Numbered from the stretch's first letter, positions 39,477 to 50,132 are shown. The stretch: DNA of 64,000 nt from an uncultured Pseudomonadota bacterium (GCA_949295915.1 CASFNB010000003.1:8926-72925); one strand, 5' to 3'. Program-made: numbers and translations. Notes: a model not told the origin generated them from the letters alone.

Positions 39477-41657
39477 TTACATAAAGTTATAAGGGTCAAT
39501 ATCCACCTCCACACGCACGGAATTCGGAACATTCACGCGACTTAACCACTGATACATAACATCTTGAATCTTTATTAACTTTGTTGTTTTCAACAACAAT
39601 CTATAGCGAAATTTTCCCCTTAATTTATAAATCGGTGCCTGTGCCGGTCCCAAAACCGAAATCGAATCCGAATTAGGCGCAATGCTTCCTAACTGATTGG
39701 CAACGCGTTCGGTTTGCTCTTGATTAGCTCCACTGATAATAAGTGCAGCCAAACGTCCATAGGGCGGAAGCTTCAACATTCTTCTGGTTTTCTTCTCGAG
39801 AGACAAAAACTCTTCTCTGTTTCCGCTTAACAGTGCTTTCAAAACCGCATTTTCCGGATACAAGGTTTGCAAATACACCGTACCTTTCTTCTCTCCTCGC
39901 CCGGCTCGTCCCGATACTTGTGATAATAGTTGATAAGTTTGTTCGGTGGCGCGCAAATCACTTCCCATCAAACCTAAATCCGCATCAACAATACCCACCA
40001 AAGTTAGGCTCGGAAAGTGGTGCCCTTTAGCCAAAATCTGTGTGCCGATTAAGATATCAACTTCACCGTTTTCCATTTCATGAATCACGTCGGAAACATC
40101 AGCCAAGGTTGAAGTAATATCACTTGAAATCACGCGAATTCTTGCCTCAGGAAAACGACATTTTACTTCTTCCGCCACACGTTCCACCCCCGGACCGCAA
40201 GCGGTTAATCCGGTTTGAGAACCACATTCGGGACAAGTTTCAGGAATTGGAATTGAATAACCGCAATGGTGGCAAACCAGATTTTTGGTGTTTTTATGTT
40301 CGGTCAACCATGCGGTACAATGCGGGCATTGAATGCGATGTCCGCAATCGCGGCAAATAATCAGTGGAGCATAGCCTCTTCTGTTCAAAAACAGCATAGA
40401 TTGCTCGCCTTTTTCAAAATTGCTTTTTAAGGCTTCAACCAAGCTCGGCGCCAGCCACGATGTTCCCCACTCGCCTTTTTGCGGCTTGTCTTTTTTCAGA
40501 TCTATAATTTCAATTTTCGGCAATTCGGCAGCGGCATAACGACTGGTTAGCTTAACCACTTCATATTTACCTTCATCTACATTGTTCAAGGTTTCCAAAT
40601 CCGGTGTTGCCGTTGCCAAAATAATCGGGAAAGCTTCCATTTTGGCTCTGACAACTGCCATATCGCGTCCTTGATAATTGACGCCGTCTTCTTGTTTGTA
40701 AGAATGGTCGTGGCTTTCATCCACCACTATCAGACCCAAATTTTTATAAGGCAAAAACAATGCCGAGCGCGCACCGACAATCACTTTGGCTCGACCTTCC
40801 GCGATTGCCACCCAGTTATCTGTTCTTTCTTTATTTCCTAATCCCGAATGCCAACAAGCAGGTTTCACACCAAATCTTCTCTCAAACCGACCCAACCATT
40901 GGCTGGTCAAAGCAATTTCCGGCACTGTTACCAAAACCTGTTTACCCTTACTCAAAGCTTCTGCCACAGCCTCAAAATAAACCTCGGTTTTACCGGAACC
41001 GGTAACACCATCCAATAATGTTACGGAAAAACCTTCACCAACTTTGGCAACCAGTTGTTCTGCCGCAGCTTTTTGCTCCTCCGTTAAATCTACTTTATGA
41101 AACTCTCCCTTGGGTTCGGCAAACTCTTTTTTCTTTTCTACCTCGATTGGCTTCAAGACGCCGGCGTCTATCATAGTCTTAATCACGCTTTGCCCGACAC
41201 CTGCGCCTTTGGCAATCTCGGTCCTTGAATAAGGATAATGTTTCAATAAATCTATCACTCGCCAACGCGCGTCCGAATTTTTGAGTTTTGCCTCTGCCAA
41301 AGTTTTGCCGGACAAGGTATAAAGCACATTCATTTTAGGATCATCAAACGCACCTTTGGAACTCAAAACCATTTTTAAGCATAAGCCTAAAAATGCCATG
41401 TTATAAGTGGCAACAAAGCTCACAAATTTTCTTAAAGCATCAGATAAAGGCGGAAGTCTTAAAACCTCGATAATCTGCTTGATTTTGCTCTCGGGAATAT
41501 CTGCTGTTTTACCCAACTTCCAGACCACACCGACCTGTTGTTCCCTACCCCACGGCACCCTTACGATTGAGCCTAAAGCCACTTTATCGCTTTCAACCTT
41601 ATAGTCAAAAACGTCATTAAAAGGAAGTGGTAGTAATACGCCGACAATCTCAGACAA
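39477..41657 (-). CDS. priA: Primosomal protein N'
   Basis: GVTGSGKTEVY, DESHD, Cys-rich cluster, QVSGRAGR, VDIDPYNFM. TTG start at 41657 preferred (ORF extends to 41714). Confidence 0.97.
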   Translation of the reverse strand: MSEIVGVLLPLPFNDVFDYKVESDKVALGSIVRVPWGREQQVGVVWKLGKTADIPESKIKQIIEVLRLPPLSDALRKFVSFVATYNMAFLGLCLKMVLSSKGAFDDPKMNVLYTLSGKTLAEAKLKNSDARWRVIDLLKHYPYSRTEIAKGAGVGQSVIKTMIDAGVLKPIEVEKKKEFAEPKGEFHKVDLTEEQKAAAEQLVAKVGEGFSVTLLDGVTGSGKTEVYFEAVAEALSKGKQVLVTVPEIALTSQWLGRFERRFGVKPACWHSGLGNKERTDNWVAIAEGRAKVIVGARSALFLPYKNLGLIVVDESHDHSYKQEDGVNYQGRDMAVVRAKMEAFPIILATATPDLETLNNVDEGKYEVVKLTSRYAAAELPKIEIIDLKKDKPQKGEWGTSWLAPSLVEALKSNFEKGEQSMLFLNRRGYAPLIICRDCGHRIQCPHCTAWLTEHKNTKNLVCHHCGYSIPIPETCPECGSQTGLTACGPGVERVAEEVKCRFPEARIRVISSDITSTLADVSDVIHEMENGEVDILIGTQILAKGHHFPSLTLVGIVDADLGLMGSDLRATEQTYQLLSQVSGRAGRGEKKGTVYLQTLYPENAVLKALLSGNREEFLSLEKKTRRMLKLPPYGRLAALIISGANQEQTERVANQLGSIAPNSDSISVLGPAQAPIYKLRGKFRYRLLLKTTKLIKIQDVMYQWLSRVNVPNSVRVEVDIDPYNFM

Positions 41658-41783
41658 AATCTTTTTCCTTAATTTATTTGAACTGATAATAACAATCTGC
41701 TTTGCTTTATACAAATCTGTTTATATTTTACGCACAAAAAAATCCGCATTTGATTTGGCTCAAATGCGGATTTTGTTTTCTTC

Positions 41784-42083
41784 TTAGAAAAACGGACTCA
41801 ACAGCTTGATAATACCATACATTACCAATGAGGTTATAACCAAGCCTATACATTGTTGTGTATCCGTATATTGTTGCAAAAATGCCGTTTCAACAAGTAA
41901 ATATTTACAGCCGGCAATACATGCTATATATCCCAAGCCGCTCAATATTGTACTGAAAAAACTAAAAACTCTGAATGCCGTAGCTAACAATAAGGCACTG
42001 ATAAACAACAAAGCATAAAACCACAAATCTTGCAGACATAAGGCTTCCCATATCTGCTTTAATACACTAATTGATTCTTCCAT
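41784..42083 (-). CDS. Small membrane protein (3 predicted TM, ORFan)
   Basis: Hydrophobic 99-aa ORF with promoter TTGACA-17-TAAGTT and a terminator at 41736-41777. Confidence 0.65.
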   Translation of the reverse strand: MEESISVLKQIWEALCLQDLWFYALLFISALLLATAFRVFSFFSTILSGLGYIACIAGCKYLLVETAFLQQYTDTQQCIGLVITSLVMYGIIKLLSPFF

Positions 42084-42191
42084 AATGATAATATTAAAAA
42101 TTAAAACGTTCTGCCAACTTACTTATATCCCTTTCATTTGTCAAATTTAAAATACATCTTTTTTTAAACTATTTTTGTTATTCTTTTTTTT

Positions 42192-43124
42192 ATGAAACAG
42201 GAAATCAGATATAATGTTGATACCGATTTGAAACCGATTATTCAAGACTGGCTCGATTGGCTCACCGATGAACGCAAATATTCGCCGCATACGCTTGACG
42301 GATATGCTCGTGATTTGGCTGATTTCACTACTTCTTTTGACAAATCTCTCACCCTAAAACAACTTGAAAAAATGGATGTCCGCGCTTTTCGCAACTATAT
42401 TTCCGCTAAAGCCGCTCTCGGGTTGGAAAAATCTTCCCTCGCGCGACATATCTCCACACTGCGTAATTTTTTCAAATTTTTAAACGCGCGTAAAATCATC
42501 AAAAACACCGCGATTTCGGTTATCTCCTCGCCACGGCGCAACAAGGTTTTACCTAAGGCTCTTGATATTAACCAGACTTTTGATGTGTTGGAAGAAAGCA
42601 AAAATTTTGCCACCAACGCTTGGCAAGGGCTTCGCGATACCGCCATTTTTACTCTGCTCTACGGCTGCGGCTTGCGTATCTCCGAAGCCCTTAACCTCAA
42701 CGTCGGAGATATTGACAGTAATGATTTCGTACGCATCCGGGGTAAAGGTAATAAAGAAAGAATCGTGCCCGTGCTACCTCAAATCAAAGATGCCATTAAT
42801 GCTTATCTCAATGAATGCCCCTATCATTTGAAAAACGGTGAACCGCTTTTCCTCGGCGCCAGAGGCGAGCGCCTTTCTCCGCGGATTATTCAGCGGCAGT
42901 TGCAAAAAATTCGCGCGGGGCTCGGACTTTCCAGTAACTTAACTCCTCATGCGCTGCGACATTCTTTTGCAACTCACCTCTTGGCGGAAGGAACCGACCT
43001 GCGCTCTATCCAAGAGCTGCTTGGTCATGCTTCCCTCTCGACAACTCAGCGATATACTGACGTTAATATCGAAACTCTCAAAAAAGAATACTCCAAACTC
43101 GAGCCACAAACGCAGCGCGTTTGA
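42192..43124 (+). CDS. xerC: Tyrosine recombinase XerC
   Basis: YSPHTLDGY, LLYGCGLRISE, GKGNKER, TPHALRHSFATHLL, LLGHASLSTTQRYT; next to priA as in alphaproteobacteria. Confidence 0.93.
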   Translation: MKQEIRYNVDTDLKPIIQDWLDWLTDERKYSPHTLDGYARDLADFTTSFDKSLTLKQLEKMDVRAFRNYISAKAALGLEKSSLARHISTLRNFFKFLNARKIIKNTAISVISSPRRNKVLPKALDINQTFDVLEESKNFATNAWQGLRDTAIFTLLYGCGLRISEALNLNVGDIDSNDFVRIRGKGNKERIVPVLPQIKDAINAYLNECPYHLKNGEPLFLGARGERLSPRIIQRQLQKIRAGLGLSSNLTPHALRHSFATHLLAEGTDLRSIQELLGHASLSTTQRYTDVNIETLKKEYSKLEPQTQRV

Positions 43125-43208
43125 TCGCATCAGTTTGACGGCCGCTCTGACTGGGGCTTGAAACCGCGATGCTCTCTTCGTTCTTGGCGGAAAAAACACG
43201 GCTCGAAC
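43106..43208. repeat. Dispersed 103-bp element, copy 1 (hairpin anchor plus variable tract)
   Basis: Ungapped match to 63816-63918: 32/33 identical, then 40/70. Hairpin CAAACGC-AGC-GCGTTTG at 43107-43123. Confidence 0.9.
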
Positions 43209-43235
43209 AAAAAAAAACTGAAAAGGAGTTGAAAT

Positions 43236-43478
43236 ATGTTAGATAAAAAACAAGCCAAACAAAATTTGAGACAAACCAGATTGAACCTCGCTGAGCAAAT
43301 CATTGCCCTACGACGCGCCAATCACATGCGCGTGGCGGACCTTTCCACTCAATCCGACGTGCCTTCAATCTATATTGAAAAACTTGAACTCGGGCTTGCC
43401 GAACTCAATATCGGCTACCTCAACCAAATTGCTCGAACTTTTCATCAAAAAATTTCCATCGAACTGGAAAATGTATAA
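43236..43478 (+). CDS. XRE-family HTH protein
   Basis: AAGGAG RBS; IIALRR..M..ADLS..S.V...YI.KLE.G....I..L..IA pattern; terminator at 43485-43519. Confidence 0.8.
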   Translation: MLDKKQAKQNLRQTRLNLAEQIIALRRANHMRVADLSTQSDVPSIYIEKLELGLAELNIGYLNQIARTFHQKISIELENV

Positions 43479-43552
43479 TAATTGCAAAAAAAATACCGGT
43501 GCAAAACACCGGTATTTTTCGGACTTCAAAAACCCTTTTCCTTGAAGCAAAA

Positions 43553-43720
43553 TTACTTCAATTTCTTTTCTACGAACTCTTCGTGTTTTCTTGACTTCTT
43601 GTCATATTTTTTCAAAGTCAATTTTTCCGGATGAGTTCTCGGATTCTTTTCTGCAAGAAAAAATGTGCCGGTGCCGGCTGTACTTTCCATTTTAACTTTT
43701 ACTTTTACTGCTTTTGCCAT
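43553..43720 (-). CDS. rpmG: 50S ribosomal protein L33 (Zn-free form; absent from the ORF track)
   Basis: Manual translation MAKAVKVKVKMESTAGTGTFFLAEKNPRTHPEKLTLKKYDKKSRKHEEFVEKKLK. Confidence 0.95.
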   Translation of the reverse strand: MAKAVKVKVKMESTAGTGTFFLAEKNPRTHPEKLTLKKYDKKSRKHEEFVEKKLK

Positions 43721-43806
43721 TTTCTTATACTCTTTATTTTAGGTTTCAAATTAAAACATTTAGCCGCATTATGCACGTTTCCCAAAGTTTGTCAATAAAT
43801 TTTTTA

Positions 43807-44928
43807 CTATAATTGGGAATCTATTATATATTTTGCTATTTCTTCATCAAATCCCTGTTTTTCTCGTCCCTGTCTTTGACAATGTTCTCTTGTATTTTGA
43901 TTAACAAACTTCTCCATATCTGCTACTTCATCTTTTGCATAAGTACAAATATCCGGACTTACGCCTTTTTTATTCAACTCTTCTTCTCCCGCCGTATAAA
44001 AATAGCCTTGCGTCAAACCTATGACCGCTCCATTAGGTAGCTCATATAATTCTTGTTTGCTACCTTTTCCGAAAGTTGTCGTTCCGACCAATTTTCCTCG
44101 ACTTTGTGATTGCAACGCTGACGCAACCAATTCTGCCGATGAAGTTGTTTTCCCATCTATCAAAACCACCAATGGCTTATCTTCGCTCTTATCTTCTTCA
44201 TCTGCATGATAATAAGAAAAGCCACCATCCGGCTTGCTTTCCAATATCATAATTCCTCCGGCCAAAAACATATCCGCTACTTTCAATGCTGCCGCTAATT
44301 CTCCGCCGACAGAACTACGTAAATCTAAAATAATTCCTTTATAATCAGGATTTTCCGTCAACGCTTCTTCCAAATTTTTCACCGTGTAACGATTAAATGC
44401 CGCTATTTTTATATACAAAATATTGCCTTGTATACCGCTCGTAAAACTTTTTACCACGCCTTTTTCTACCGCTGCGTCACTCTGACCTTCGGGGTAATAT
44501 TTTGAAACGCCATCCAGACTTTGATTGATTCCGTTTTCCAAAACCGTATCCAACACCTCAAAATCGCGCTTATTGACTTCTTTTGATACTTTTTGCGCTG
44601 CCTTGACCATTGTCTCGTTCAATTTACTCCACGCTTTTACATCTTGTCTATCTTCCGGTTTGAGATTGCTCCTCACCACTCGCCCTCTATAATAAAGCGT
44701 TATGCGCTTGCTATCATCTGCTATGGCTAAATTTTTATCCATTTGATGCAATGACTTCAAACCGTTTATGGCTATTTTTTCCATATCTTGCGCCTGATAA
44801 TTAAGGTACTTATCTTGCACCAACTGTAAACCGGTTTGATAAACTTCCGCATCCGTATATTCTTGAGCTTGGGCTATAGGCGCAAACATCATTCCTAAAA
44901 TTATTATTTCGAAATATTTTTTTATCAT
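43807..44928 (-). CDS. S41 family (CtpA-like) periplasmic peptidase, apparently without PDZ domain
   Basis: Signal peptide, IILDLRSSVGG, TTSSAELVASALQ, TTFGKGSKQ, GVSPD. Confidence 0.85.
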   Translation of the reverse strand: MIKKYFEIIILGMMFAPIAQAQEYTDAEVYQTGLQLVQDKYLNYQAQDMEKIAINGLKSLHQMDKNLAIADDSKRITLYYRGRVVRSNLKPEDRQDVKAWSKLNETMVKAAQKVSKEVNKRDFEVLDTVLENGINQSLDGVSKYYPEGQSDAAVEKGVVKSFTSGIQGNILYIKIAAFNRYTVKNLEEALTENPDYKGIILDLRSSVGGELAAALKVADMFLAGGIMILESKPDGGFSYYHADEEDKSEDKPLVVLIDGKTTSSAELVASALQSQSRGKLVGTTTFGKGSKQELYELPNGAVIGLTQGYFYTAGEEELNKKGVSPDICTYAKDEVADMEKFVNQNTREHCQRQGREKQGFDEEIAKYIIDSQL

Positions 44929-47081
44929 TTTCCGTTAGGCTTCTTTCTTTTTTGTTTTAATTTATTTTTATCTTTAATCTTTTGCTTACGTTGCTTTTTA
45001 GGCAGTTTTTCTTTCTTTTTCTTTATCTTCTTTTCCGGCTTGTCTTTTTTTAAGGCTTGCTTTTGCGCCATTACTTTTTTATAGCCGCCGAAAAATCTGC
45101 CGCCTTTTTCGACATAAGAAATACCTTCTTCGGGGTCGATATACTTAAATATCAATCCGCCGGTTATCGGGCTGGCTTCCAACAACCTTGCCTGCAATTT
45201 TTGCCCAAAGCGAAAACTCAAGCCATAGCGTTGTCCGGTTAAACTCATATTGCCTTCGTCCAACACATACATATCCGTCGGTAAACTTGACATCGGTATC
45301 AGCCCTTCGGCACCAATACTTTCAATCTCGACAAAAACACCTGCCGCAGATACGCCTGAAACCTTAACCTCAAAATCCGCACCTATCATCGGTAGCAAAT
45401 AGTCAGAAACATAACGCGCCGTCATCTCGCGTTCGGCATTAGCGGCTCTTCTCTCGGTAACGCATAAATGCTCTCCGGTTTCTTCAAAAGTTTTGACACT
45501 TGCCGACTCTTCCAGTTCTCCGCCTTCCGGCATTTTATAGGCTTTCACCAACGCGCGATGCACCAGTAAATCGGCATATCTTCTTATCGGGGAAGTAAAA
45601 TGTGCATAATCACTTAGTCCCAAGCCAAAGTGTCCTAAATTATGCGGCGAATATTTGGCTTGACACTGCAATCTTAAAATCAATTCCCCGACACCGGCAT
45701 TATAGCCGCCATCACTGCAGAGAGCCAAAATCTTGTTAAAATGCTCCGGCTTCAAGGCATTTATATCCGGCAGTTTCAAATGCAGATTATGAAGTAAAGG
45801 TTCTATCTCTTTCAGCTTTTCTTCCAAAGGCTTTTCATGCACGCGATACATGGTCGGCAATTTGCTCCGTCCAAGAGCTTTGGCGGCACAAATATTGGCG
45901 GCAATCATAAACTCTTCTATCATCTTGTTTGCTTCAAGATTTTCTTCTTTTTCAATGGCTACAACCTCGCCTTTGTCATTAAAGCGAATCTTATATTCAT
46001 TACTTTCCAAATTGAGCGCACCGCGTTTTTCTCTTGCCATTCTTAAGGCTAAATAGGCGCGATAAACCGGCTCTATGGTTTTGACATATACTTCTTTAAT
46101 ATTTGCTGATTTTTTACCTTCCAAAGCATTTTGAACTTCTTTATAAGTTAATCTTGCCGCAGATTTTATCACCGCGCGCTTGAAGTCATATTGAATAATA
46201 TTGCCCTGCTTATCAATATCAATAAAGCAAGCAATGGCGGCGCGTTCTTCTTTGGGTCTTAAAGAACATAAATCGTTGCAGAGAATTTCCGGTAACATCG
46301 GCACAACTCTGTCCGGCAGATATACCGAATTGCCCCTTTTATAAGCTTCTTTATCCAAAGCTGAAAACGGACGAACATAAAAACTGACATCGGCAATGGC
46401 AACAATCAGCAAAAAGCCGTCCGGTGTCGGCATGGCATAGACCGCATCATCAAAATCTTTGGCATCATCACCATCTATCGTCACCAGTGGAATGTTGGTT
46501 AAATCTTCTCGCAGACTCTTATTAAATGTCGGCAGATTATGCGTTTCTTTTATCACCTCTTTGGGAAATTCATGCGGAATGTCATATTTATCCAACACCA
46601 ACAATGATGCCGCCTTTTGCAAAGCAAATGCACCGTAAGACTTTATCACGCGGGCTTGTTTGAAGCGTCTGCTACCACCCAAAGCCACTTTTACAAAGTC
46701 GCCTTCCTTAAAACTTGCGTCATTTTCCAACAGATAAGACATATAGTCTTTTTTCTCTGCCGGTTTGAGATAAAACTTACCTTCTTTTTTCTCAACAATG
46801 CCATAGATAATTTCATCGGGAATATTAGGATTGCCCAAGCGCATAATAGGCTTAGCCATATAGCAATCTTTGCGCTTGCTCAAATGGGCTAAAAACTTAT
46901 CACCCATACCCAAAGCCGGTTTAAGGCGCTTGTTTTCTGCCACGTAAATCGGAATATTTAACGGGTTGTCACTCGGCTCAGACGTTACGGCCGTATAATC
47001 GCCAAAATCGCTTACGCCGGAAATTTCCAGCACACAACTTTCCGGCAATTCTTTCTTTTCTGCCTTATTCTTTCTATTCAT
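44925..47081 (-). CDS. rnr: Ribonuclease R
   Basis: TIDGDDAKDFDDA, HFTSPIRRYADL, S1 domain, Lys-rich tail. Confidence 0.95.
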   Translation of the reverse strand: MNRKNKAEKKELPESCVLEISGVSDFGDYTAVTSEPSDNPLNIPIYVAENKRLKPALGMGDKFLAHLSKRKDCYMAKPIMRLGNPNIPDEIIYGIVEKKEGKFYLKPAEKKDYMSYLLENDASFKEGDFVKVALGGSRRFKQARVIKSYGAFALQKAASLLVLDKYDIPHEFPKEVIKETHNLPTFNKSLREDLTNIPLVTIDGDDAKDFDDAVYAMPTPDGFLLIVAIADVSFYVRPFSALDKEAYKRGNSVYLPDRVVPMLPEILCNDLCSLRPKEERAAIACFIDIDKQGNIIQYDFKRAVIKSAARLTYKEVQNALEGKKSANIKEVYVKTIEPVYRAYLALRMAREKRGALNLESNEYKIRFNDKGEVVAIEKEENLEANKMIEEFMIAANICAAKALGRSKLPTMYRVHEKPLEEKLKEIEPLLHNLHLKLPDINALKPEHFNKILALCSDGGYNAGVGELILRLQCQAKYSPHNLGHFGLGLSDYAHFTSPIRRYADLLVHRALVKAYKMPEGGELEESASVKTFEETGEHLCVTERRAANAEREMTARYVSDYLLPMIGADFEVKVSGVSAAGVFVEIESIGAEGLIPMSSLPTDMYVLDEGNMSLTGQRYGLSFRFGQKLQARLLEASPITGGLIFKYIDPEEGISYVEKGGRFFGGYKKVMAQKQALKKDKPEKKIKKKKEKLPKKQRKQKIKDKNKLKQKRKKPNGK

Positions 47082-47874
47082 ACTTATTTATCTCCGCTAT
47101 TAACGGCGTGTGGTCTGAGGGTCTTGTTCCTCGCCTCGGATTTTTATCTATGGCAACACTTACAAGTTTATCCGCTACACTCGGCGATAATAACAGATAG
47201 TCTATCCTTAACCCCGAATCCGATACAAAAGCATTGCCGGCATAATCCCAATAAGTATAGCCTACATGGTCGGGATAGAGCATTCGATAAGCATCATAAT
47301 AGCCCAAATATAAAATAGATTTCAAACGGCTTATCACTTCCGGTCGATATAAGGCATTGCCGATAAAGGCTTTTTCATCATAAACATCCATTGCACTCAT
47401 AATCACGTTAAAATCGCCGCCCAATATCACATTCTCACCGCTTTCAAGCAACTTCTCGGCATGATTATACAACGCATCCATAAAAGCCAATTTATATACA
47501 AATTTGCTTTCGTCTTTGCTGTTATTATAGGGTGGGTTTCCGTTTGGCAGATAAACGGAGGCAACGCGATATTTTTGCCCTTTTACATCTACTTCCGCTT
47601 CTATATAACGCGCGTGTTCATCTTCAAAACGAGGTAAACCTTCCGATATTACTTTTATTTTATGGCGACTCAGTATCGCCACACCGTTATAGCTTTTTTC
47701 GCCCAGCATGACGGCATTATACCCCAAAGCGCTGATTTCCAAAAACGGAAAAGCCGCTTCCTCACATTTAAGCTCTTGCAGCAAAACAATGTCGGGTTGC
47801 TCGGCTTTGAGCCATGCGCTCAAATTTTCCATACGAGCATTGATTGAATTGACGTTAAAAGTTGAAATCTTCAT
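47074..47874 (-). CDS. xth: Exodeoxyribonuclease III
   Basis: TFNVNSI, LQELK, YLPNGN, GDFN, GLRIDY, SDHTP. Confidence 0.96.
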   Translation of the reverse strand: MKISTFNVNSINARMENLSAWLKAEQPDIVLLQELKCEEAAFPFLEISALGYNAVMLGEKSYNGVAILSRHKIKVISEGLPRFEDEHARYIEAEVDVKGQKYRVASVYLPNGNPPYNNSKDESKFVYKLAFMDALYNHAEKLLESGENVILGGDFNVIMSAMDVYDEKAFIGNALYRPEVISRLKSILYLGYYDAYRMLYPDHVGYTYWDYAGNAFVSDSGLRIDYLLLSPSVADKLVSVAIDKNPRRGTRPSDHTPLIAEINKYE

Positions 47875-47942
47875 ATTGTGCCTTTACTTTCTTTTGTTTG
47901 GCATTGTATATTAAAAATATATTTTAGCAAAGGGAATTTACA

Positions 47943-49097
47943 ATGGACTTAGCAACTTATGCAACTCATCCAGAGAATAGCCGCGGGCGCTTGTATCCGG
48001 ATTTTATCAACATCATCCGTTCGCCGTTTCAACGCGACAGAGACCGTCTTATTCATTCTTCGGCTTTCCGCCGCTTGGATGGGAAAACCCAAGTGTTTGC
48101 TTATCATGAAGGCAAAAATTATCGTACCCGCCTCACCCACAGCATTGAAGTTTCTCAAATTACGCGTACCATTTGCAAAAGCCTTAACCTTAATGAAGAA
48201 CTGGCGGAAGCTCTTGCCCTTGCTCATGACCTCGGGCACTCACCTTTCGGACACGCCGGTGAGCGCGGCTTGCAAAACTCCATGAAGAAATACGGCGGCT
48301 TTGACCATAATGTCCACTCCCTTAAAATTATGACTAAAATCGAAATCCATTATCCCGAATTTGAAGGTCTTAACCTCACATGGGAAACGCTCGAAGGAAC
48401 CGTCAAACATAACGGACCTATTAAAAAAATCTCAAACAATTACCTTAAAGAATTTAACAAAAAATTTGATTTGGACTTGAAAAATTATCCCTCTTTGGAA
48501 GCGCAAGTCGCCTCCTTTGCCGATGACATCGCCTATAACAACCACGATATTGATGATGGTTTCCGTGCCGGTTTCTTCTCAATTAATGACCTGCGCGAAC
48601 TGCCTTTCATCAATGAAATTTTGACTAAGTTTGAGGCTGAAAATCCAAATGCCGATGACAATTTGCGAATCTATGCCATTACGCGAAATATGATTGCCCG
48701 CATGATTTTTGACGTACTCGACAACTCGTGCGAAAACATAAAAAAACACAAGATTCAAACTCCGCAAGACGTGCGCAATCACAAAGGTTTTATTGTCGAC
48801 TTTTCTCCTGCCATGCACAATGAAATCAAACTCTTACACGAATTTTTGAAAAAACGTTTCTATACCAACACCTCTGTTGCACGTATGGATATGAAATCGC
48901 AACGCATTGTTGAAGAGCTCTTTAGCATATTTACCAACAACTGGATGCTCTTGCCGATGGAGGTGCGCAAATATCTTGATAAAAATTCAAACGATGAAAG
49001 AATCGCCGACGTGGTTTGCGAATATATTGCCAATATGACCGATATGCACGCAATCAAAGAACACAAAAAACTATATGATCCACATACTCGTTTTTGA
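47943..49097 (+). CDS. dgt: Deoxyguanosinetriphosphate triphosphohydrolase
   Basis: FQRDRDR, RTRLTHS, AHDLGHSPFGHAGE, DDIAY..HD. Confidence 0.95.
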   Translation: MDLATYATHPENSRGRLYPDFINIIRSPFQRDRDRLIHSSAFRRLDGKTQVFAYHEGKNYRTRLTHSIEVSQITRTICKSLNLNEELAEALALAHDLGHSPFGHAGERGLQNSMKKYGGFDHNVHSLKIMTKIEIHYPEFEGLNLTWETLEGTVKHNGPIKKISNNYLKEFNKKFDLDLKNYPSLEAQVASFADDIAYNNHDIDDGFRAGFFSINDLRELPFINEILTKFEAENPNADDNLRIYAITRNMIARMIFDVLDNSCENIKKHKIQTPQDVRNHKGFIVDFSPAMHNEIKLLHEFLKKRFYTNTSVARMDMKSQRIVEELFSIFTNNWMLLPMEVRKYLDKNSNDERIADVVCEYIANMTDMHAIKEHKKLYDPHTRF

Positions 49098-49172
49098 ATT
49101 TGTTAAATGATTATAAAGTTTTTTGTGATAGAATCTGTGCAAAAGTGAAAGTTTTGTACAGGAGTGAAGCAT

Positions 49173-50132
49173 ATGTTTCCGGATTTTCCCGATGATAATA
49201 AAAATGATGATTTTTTGAATGAATTTCGTCAGAAGATTGCTGAGCAATCTAACATTTCTTTTGAAGAAAGAAGAAACGAATTAAATAAATCCAAAAGTGT
49301 TTTTATCGGTGCCGTTTCCGGTGTGGTTTTAGCCAGCGTGGTCGGTTGGTTTATTCTTTCTCCGCGTTACGCTCAAAATGAAAATGTTGAGCTTCCGGTT
49401 ATTCGCAGACCTCAAACTGCCATCAAAGTTCAGCCAACCGAACCCGGCGGTATGGAGATTTTGAACCAAGACAAATCCGTTTATGATATTTTGGATAAAT
49501 CTCAAAACAACAAAAAAGTGGTCGAGAATCTGTTGCCGCCTCCGGAAGAACCGAAACTTCCGGTTATTGCTCCAAGTGAAGAAACTGCTCCGCAAACCAT
49601 TGATGATGTTTTGGCAAAAACGGAATCCGAAACAAAAAATAATTCCGTTGCCGACGAAGCCGAAAAAATTATCAATGTTGCAACGGCTCCTAAAGCGACT
49701 CCGGCAAAAGAAAATCAACCCGAAGCTCAGGTTAAAACATTGTCTCAAGCCGTGGCAGAATCTGCCCAAACCGAAGCGAAAGCTCCTGCCAAAGATGTTG
49801 CTAAAATTTCTACCGATGATATAAAAAGTGTGTATAAAGCACAAATAAAAGATGGCAAAGTTGTTCAATCGAGTAAAATTGCCGCCGGCGTTTGGCAAGT
49901 TCAATTGATGTCTTCTAATAATAAAGCTGCTGTCGAAAAATCTTGGATCTCGTTAAATGCCAAATATAAAATGCTTAATAACCAGCCTTATGAAATTGAA
50001 GTTGCCGATTTAGGCTCAAAAGGGACCTACTATCGTCTTAAAGCCGGTGCTTTTCCGACTCGCGACGGTGCCGATGAGCTCTGCAAAGACATTAAAGCAT
50101 TGGGCGGAACCTGTATTGTAAAGAAAAAATAA
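49173..50132 (+). CDS. SPOR domain cell-envelope protein
   Basis: Single TM, KVQPTEPGGM, low-complexity linker, WQVQL..GTYYRL..C...C SPOR domain. Confidence 0.9.
   Translation: MFPDFPDDNKNDDFLNEFRQKIAEQSNISFEERRNELNKSKSVFIGAVSGVVLASVVGWFILSPRYAQNENVELPVIRRPQTAIKVQPTEPGGMEILNQDKSVYDILDKSQNNKKVVENLLPPPEEPKLPVIAPSEETAPQTIDDVLAKTESETKNNSVADEAEKIINVATAPKATPAKENQPEAQVKTLSQAVAESAQTEAKAPAKDVAKISTDDIKSVYKAQIKDGKVVQSSKIAAGVWQVQLMSSNNKAAVEKSWISLNAKYKMLNNQPYEIEVADLGSKGTYYRLKAGAFPTRDGADELCKDIKALGGTCIVKKK

Noticed and set aside
43106-43138. CRISPR repeat
   Set aside because: Only two copies, 20.7 kb apart. The following sequences are homologous rather than unique spacers, and no cas genes are present.
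42939-43321. Minus-strand ORFs crossing repeat copy 1 as a DGR target gene
   Set aside because: They are antisense to xerC and the XRE gene, lack an RBS and show no CLec/Ig-like character, so no credible protein target exists for this copy.
42192-43478. Tyrosine recombinase plus XRE gene as a prophage or integrative element
   Set aside because: The recombinase has chromosomal XerC features and the usual position near priA. No phage, replication or conjugation genes and no att duplication were seen.
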